A program made the position numbers and the translations under genes. A stretch of 64,000 nt of DNA, from assembly GCA_045536565.1 (NCBI GenBank), contig JAZSNU010000013.1, forward strand, positions 1 through 64,000. Reading direction: 5' to 3'. Under the pieces are notes generated by a model. It was not told where the DNA came from. It was given only the letters and a program-made list of their open reading frames with translations, and did not search any database. This DNA is from Clostridia bacterium (GTDB lineage: Bacteria > Bacillota > Clostridia > TANB77 > CAG-465). This document shows positions 63,014-64,000 of this stretch, one piece after another; the first letter of the stretch is position 1, and each line of letters starts with the position of its first letter.

Positions 63014-64000
63014 TTATTTCAAATACAATGCTACTCTAAAACCAACTTCTTCTTTATTTAATGCATGTACACCTGCCGATTCATAATGCACATGAAAATT
63101 ATAATTCATAGGCTTTCTTGTTGTTGCACGTTTATGAGTTAAAAATCCTCCTCCTCTGCTAACCCAGAATGCACTCTCTCCACATCTTAAATCTTTATAT
63201 GATTCAGATGTCCACTCCCATACATTACCAGCCAAATCATAAATATTTTTTGCTTTATAGGTTTCGCTACTTCCTGTTTTCTTTAAATAACCGCTATAAT
63301 TTCCCCATGTGCTATCTGAAAAATCAACTTCATCACTAATAAAACTCATTGTAGCATCCCATTGGGTACCTGTACATACCATTGAATAAACAGAGGCCGA
63401 TCCCCTATACATTTGTCTTCCTAAATCAATACAAGCAAATCCAACTGTTGGATCACCATAGCCAGTATTGGCATAATGTGCATAATTAAAAACATATTTA
63501 TTTTTTTTACTTACAACATAACTTGGTGGTCTATCTAAATAATTTGTCCTCTGAGAAGTAAGTTTTTCATCTCCCATTTCGTATCTTGCTATATAAAAGC
63601 CACCATACTTTTCTACACTATCTCTCATATTCATATACTCTGGTAAAATCCCATTAAAATTACCATATATAGTGTAATATGGATCTATAACTCTCCATTC
63701 TTGATTTGCACCATAATCTCTTGCAACATACGAATAATTTACATGAAATTCATTTATATCAGGAACTGGAATCCACACAAATTGATTATAATTTTCTTGC
63801 GCATATTCCTGTTCTTTACCTTCCAAAGAATTTGTTTCATATATTACGAACCCATCATTAATACTTGTTTCTCCTTCATATATTGAGTAAGTAAATCCCG
63901 CTGGCAAAGGTGGATGATTTACATCACCTGGAATTACACCACCGCCCGAAACACTTGTTCCAGTCATTTCTTCTGCGTTTGAAGCACTACTATTAGCTTT
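63014..64000 (-). CDS. FGE-sulfatase/C-type-lectin-fold protein (5' end beyond the window)
   Basis: NQFVWIPV, GGFYIARYE, NIYDLAGNVWEW, RGGGF, VGFRVALY. The frame stays open to position 64000. Confidence 0.85.
   Translation of the reverse strand, partial: KANSSASNAEEMTGTSVSGGGVIPGDVNHPPLPAGFTYSIYEGETSINDGFVIYETNSLEGKEQEYAQENYNQFVWIPVPDINEFHVNYSYVARDYGANQEWRVIDPYYTIYGNFNGILPEYMNMRDSVEKYGGFYIARYEMGDEKLTSQRTNYLDRPPSYVVSKKNKYVFNYAHYANTGYGDPTVGFACIDLGRQMYRGSASVYSMVCTGTQWDATMSFISDEVDFSDSTWGNYSGYLKKTGSSETYKAKNIYDLAGNVWEWTSESYKDLRCGESAFWVSRGGGFLTHKRATTRKPMNYNFHVHYESAGVHALNKEEVGFRVALYLK

Noticed and set aside
52973-64000. A complete DGR or conjugative element within the window
   Set aside because: No reverse transcriptase, template repeat, relaxase, VirB4/VirD4 ATPase or integrase is present here.

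Overview
Very AT-rich chromosomal segment from a spore-forming Clostridia-type bacterium (spoIIR, gpr, ytvI, Spo0A boxes, sigG/sigE-like promoters). Most of it is housekeeping: phoH-family, asnB-like, ttcA-family, class A PBP, zur-znuACB, a CDF exporter, a 5-tRNA cluster, DUF368, holA, trmFO, nagZ, mnmA, eda-kdgK, topA, glyA, nrdDG, tRNA-Lys and secA. Accessory elements are two RelE/ParE toxin-antitoxin pairs, a Fic gene, a triply broken rhuM pseudogene and repeat-rich membrane proteins. I saw no transposase, integrase, CRISPR array or rRNA. Three things stand out. (1) At 41-340 a minus-strand leader has a 43-codon ORF containing an (AT)19 tract, and repeat number modulo 3 decides whether the ORF stops well before, or reads into, an intrinsic terminator: a candidate phase-variable attenuation switch for a gene beyond the left edge. 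(2) At about 3860-4075 there is a structured, ORF-less minus-strand RNA candidate. (3) At 52973-64000 an 11-kb operon encodes TadE/pseudopilin-like proteins, a 1710-aa secreted protein and an FGE/CLec-fold protein of the class targeted by diversity-generating retroelements. All family calls are from motif recognition by eye; no searches were run.
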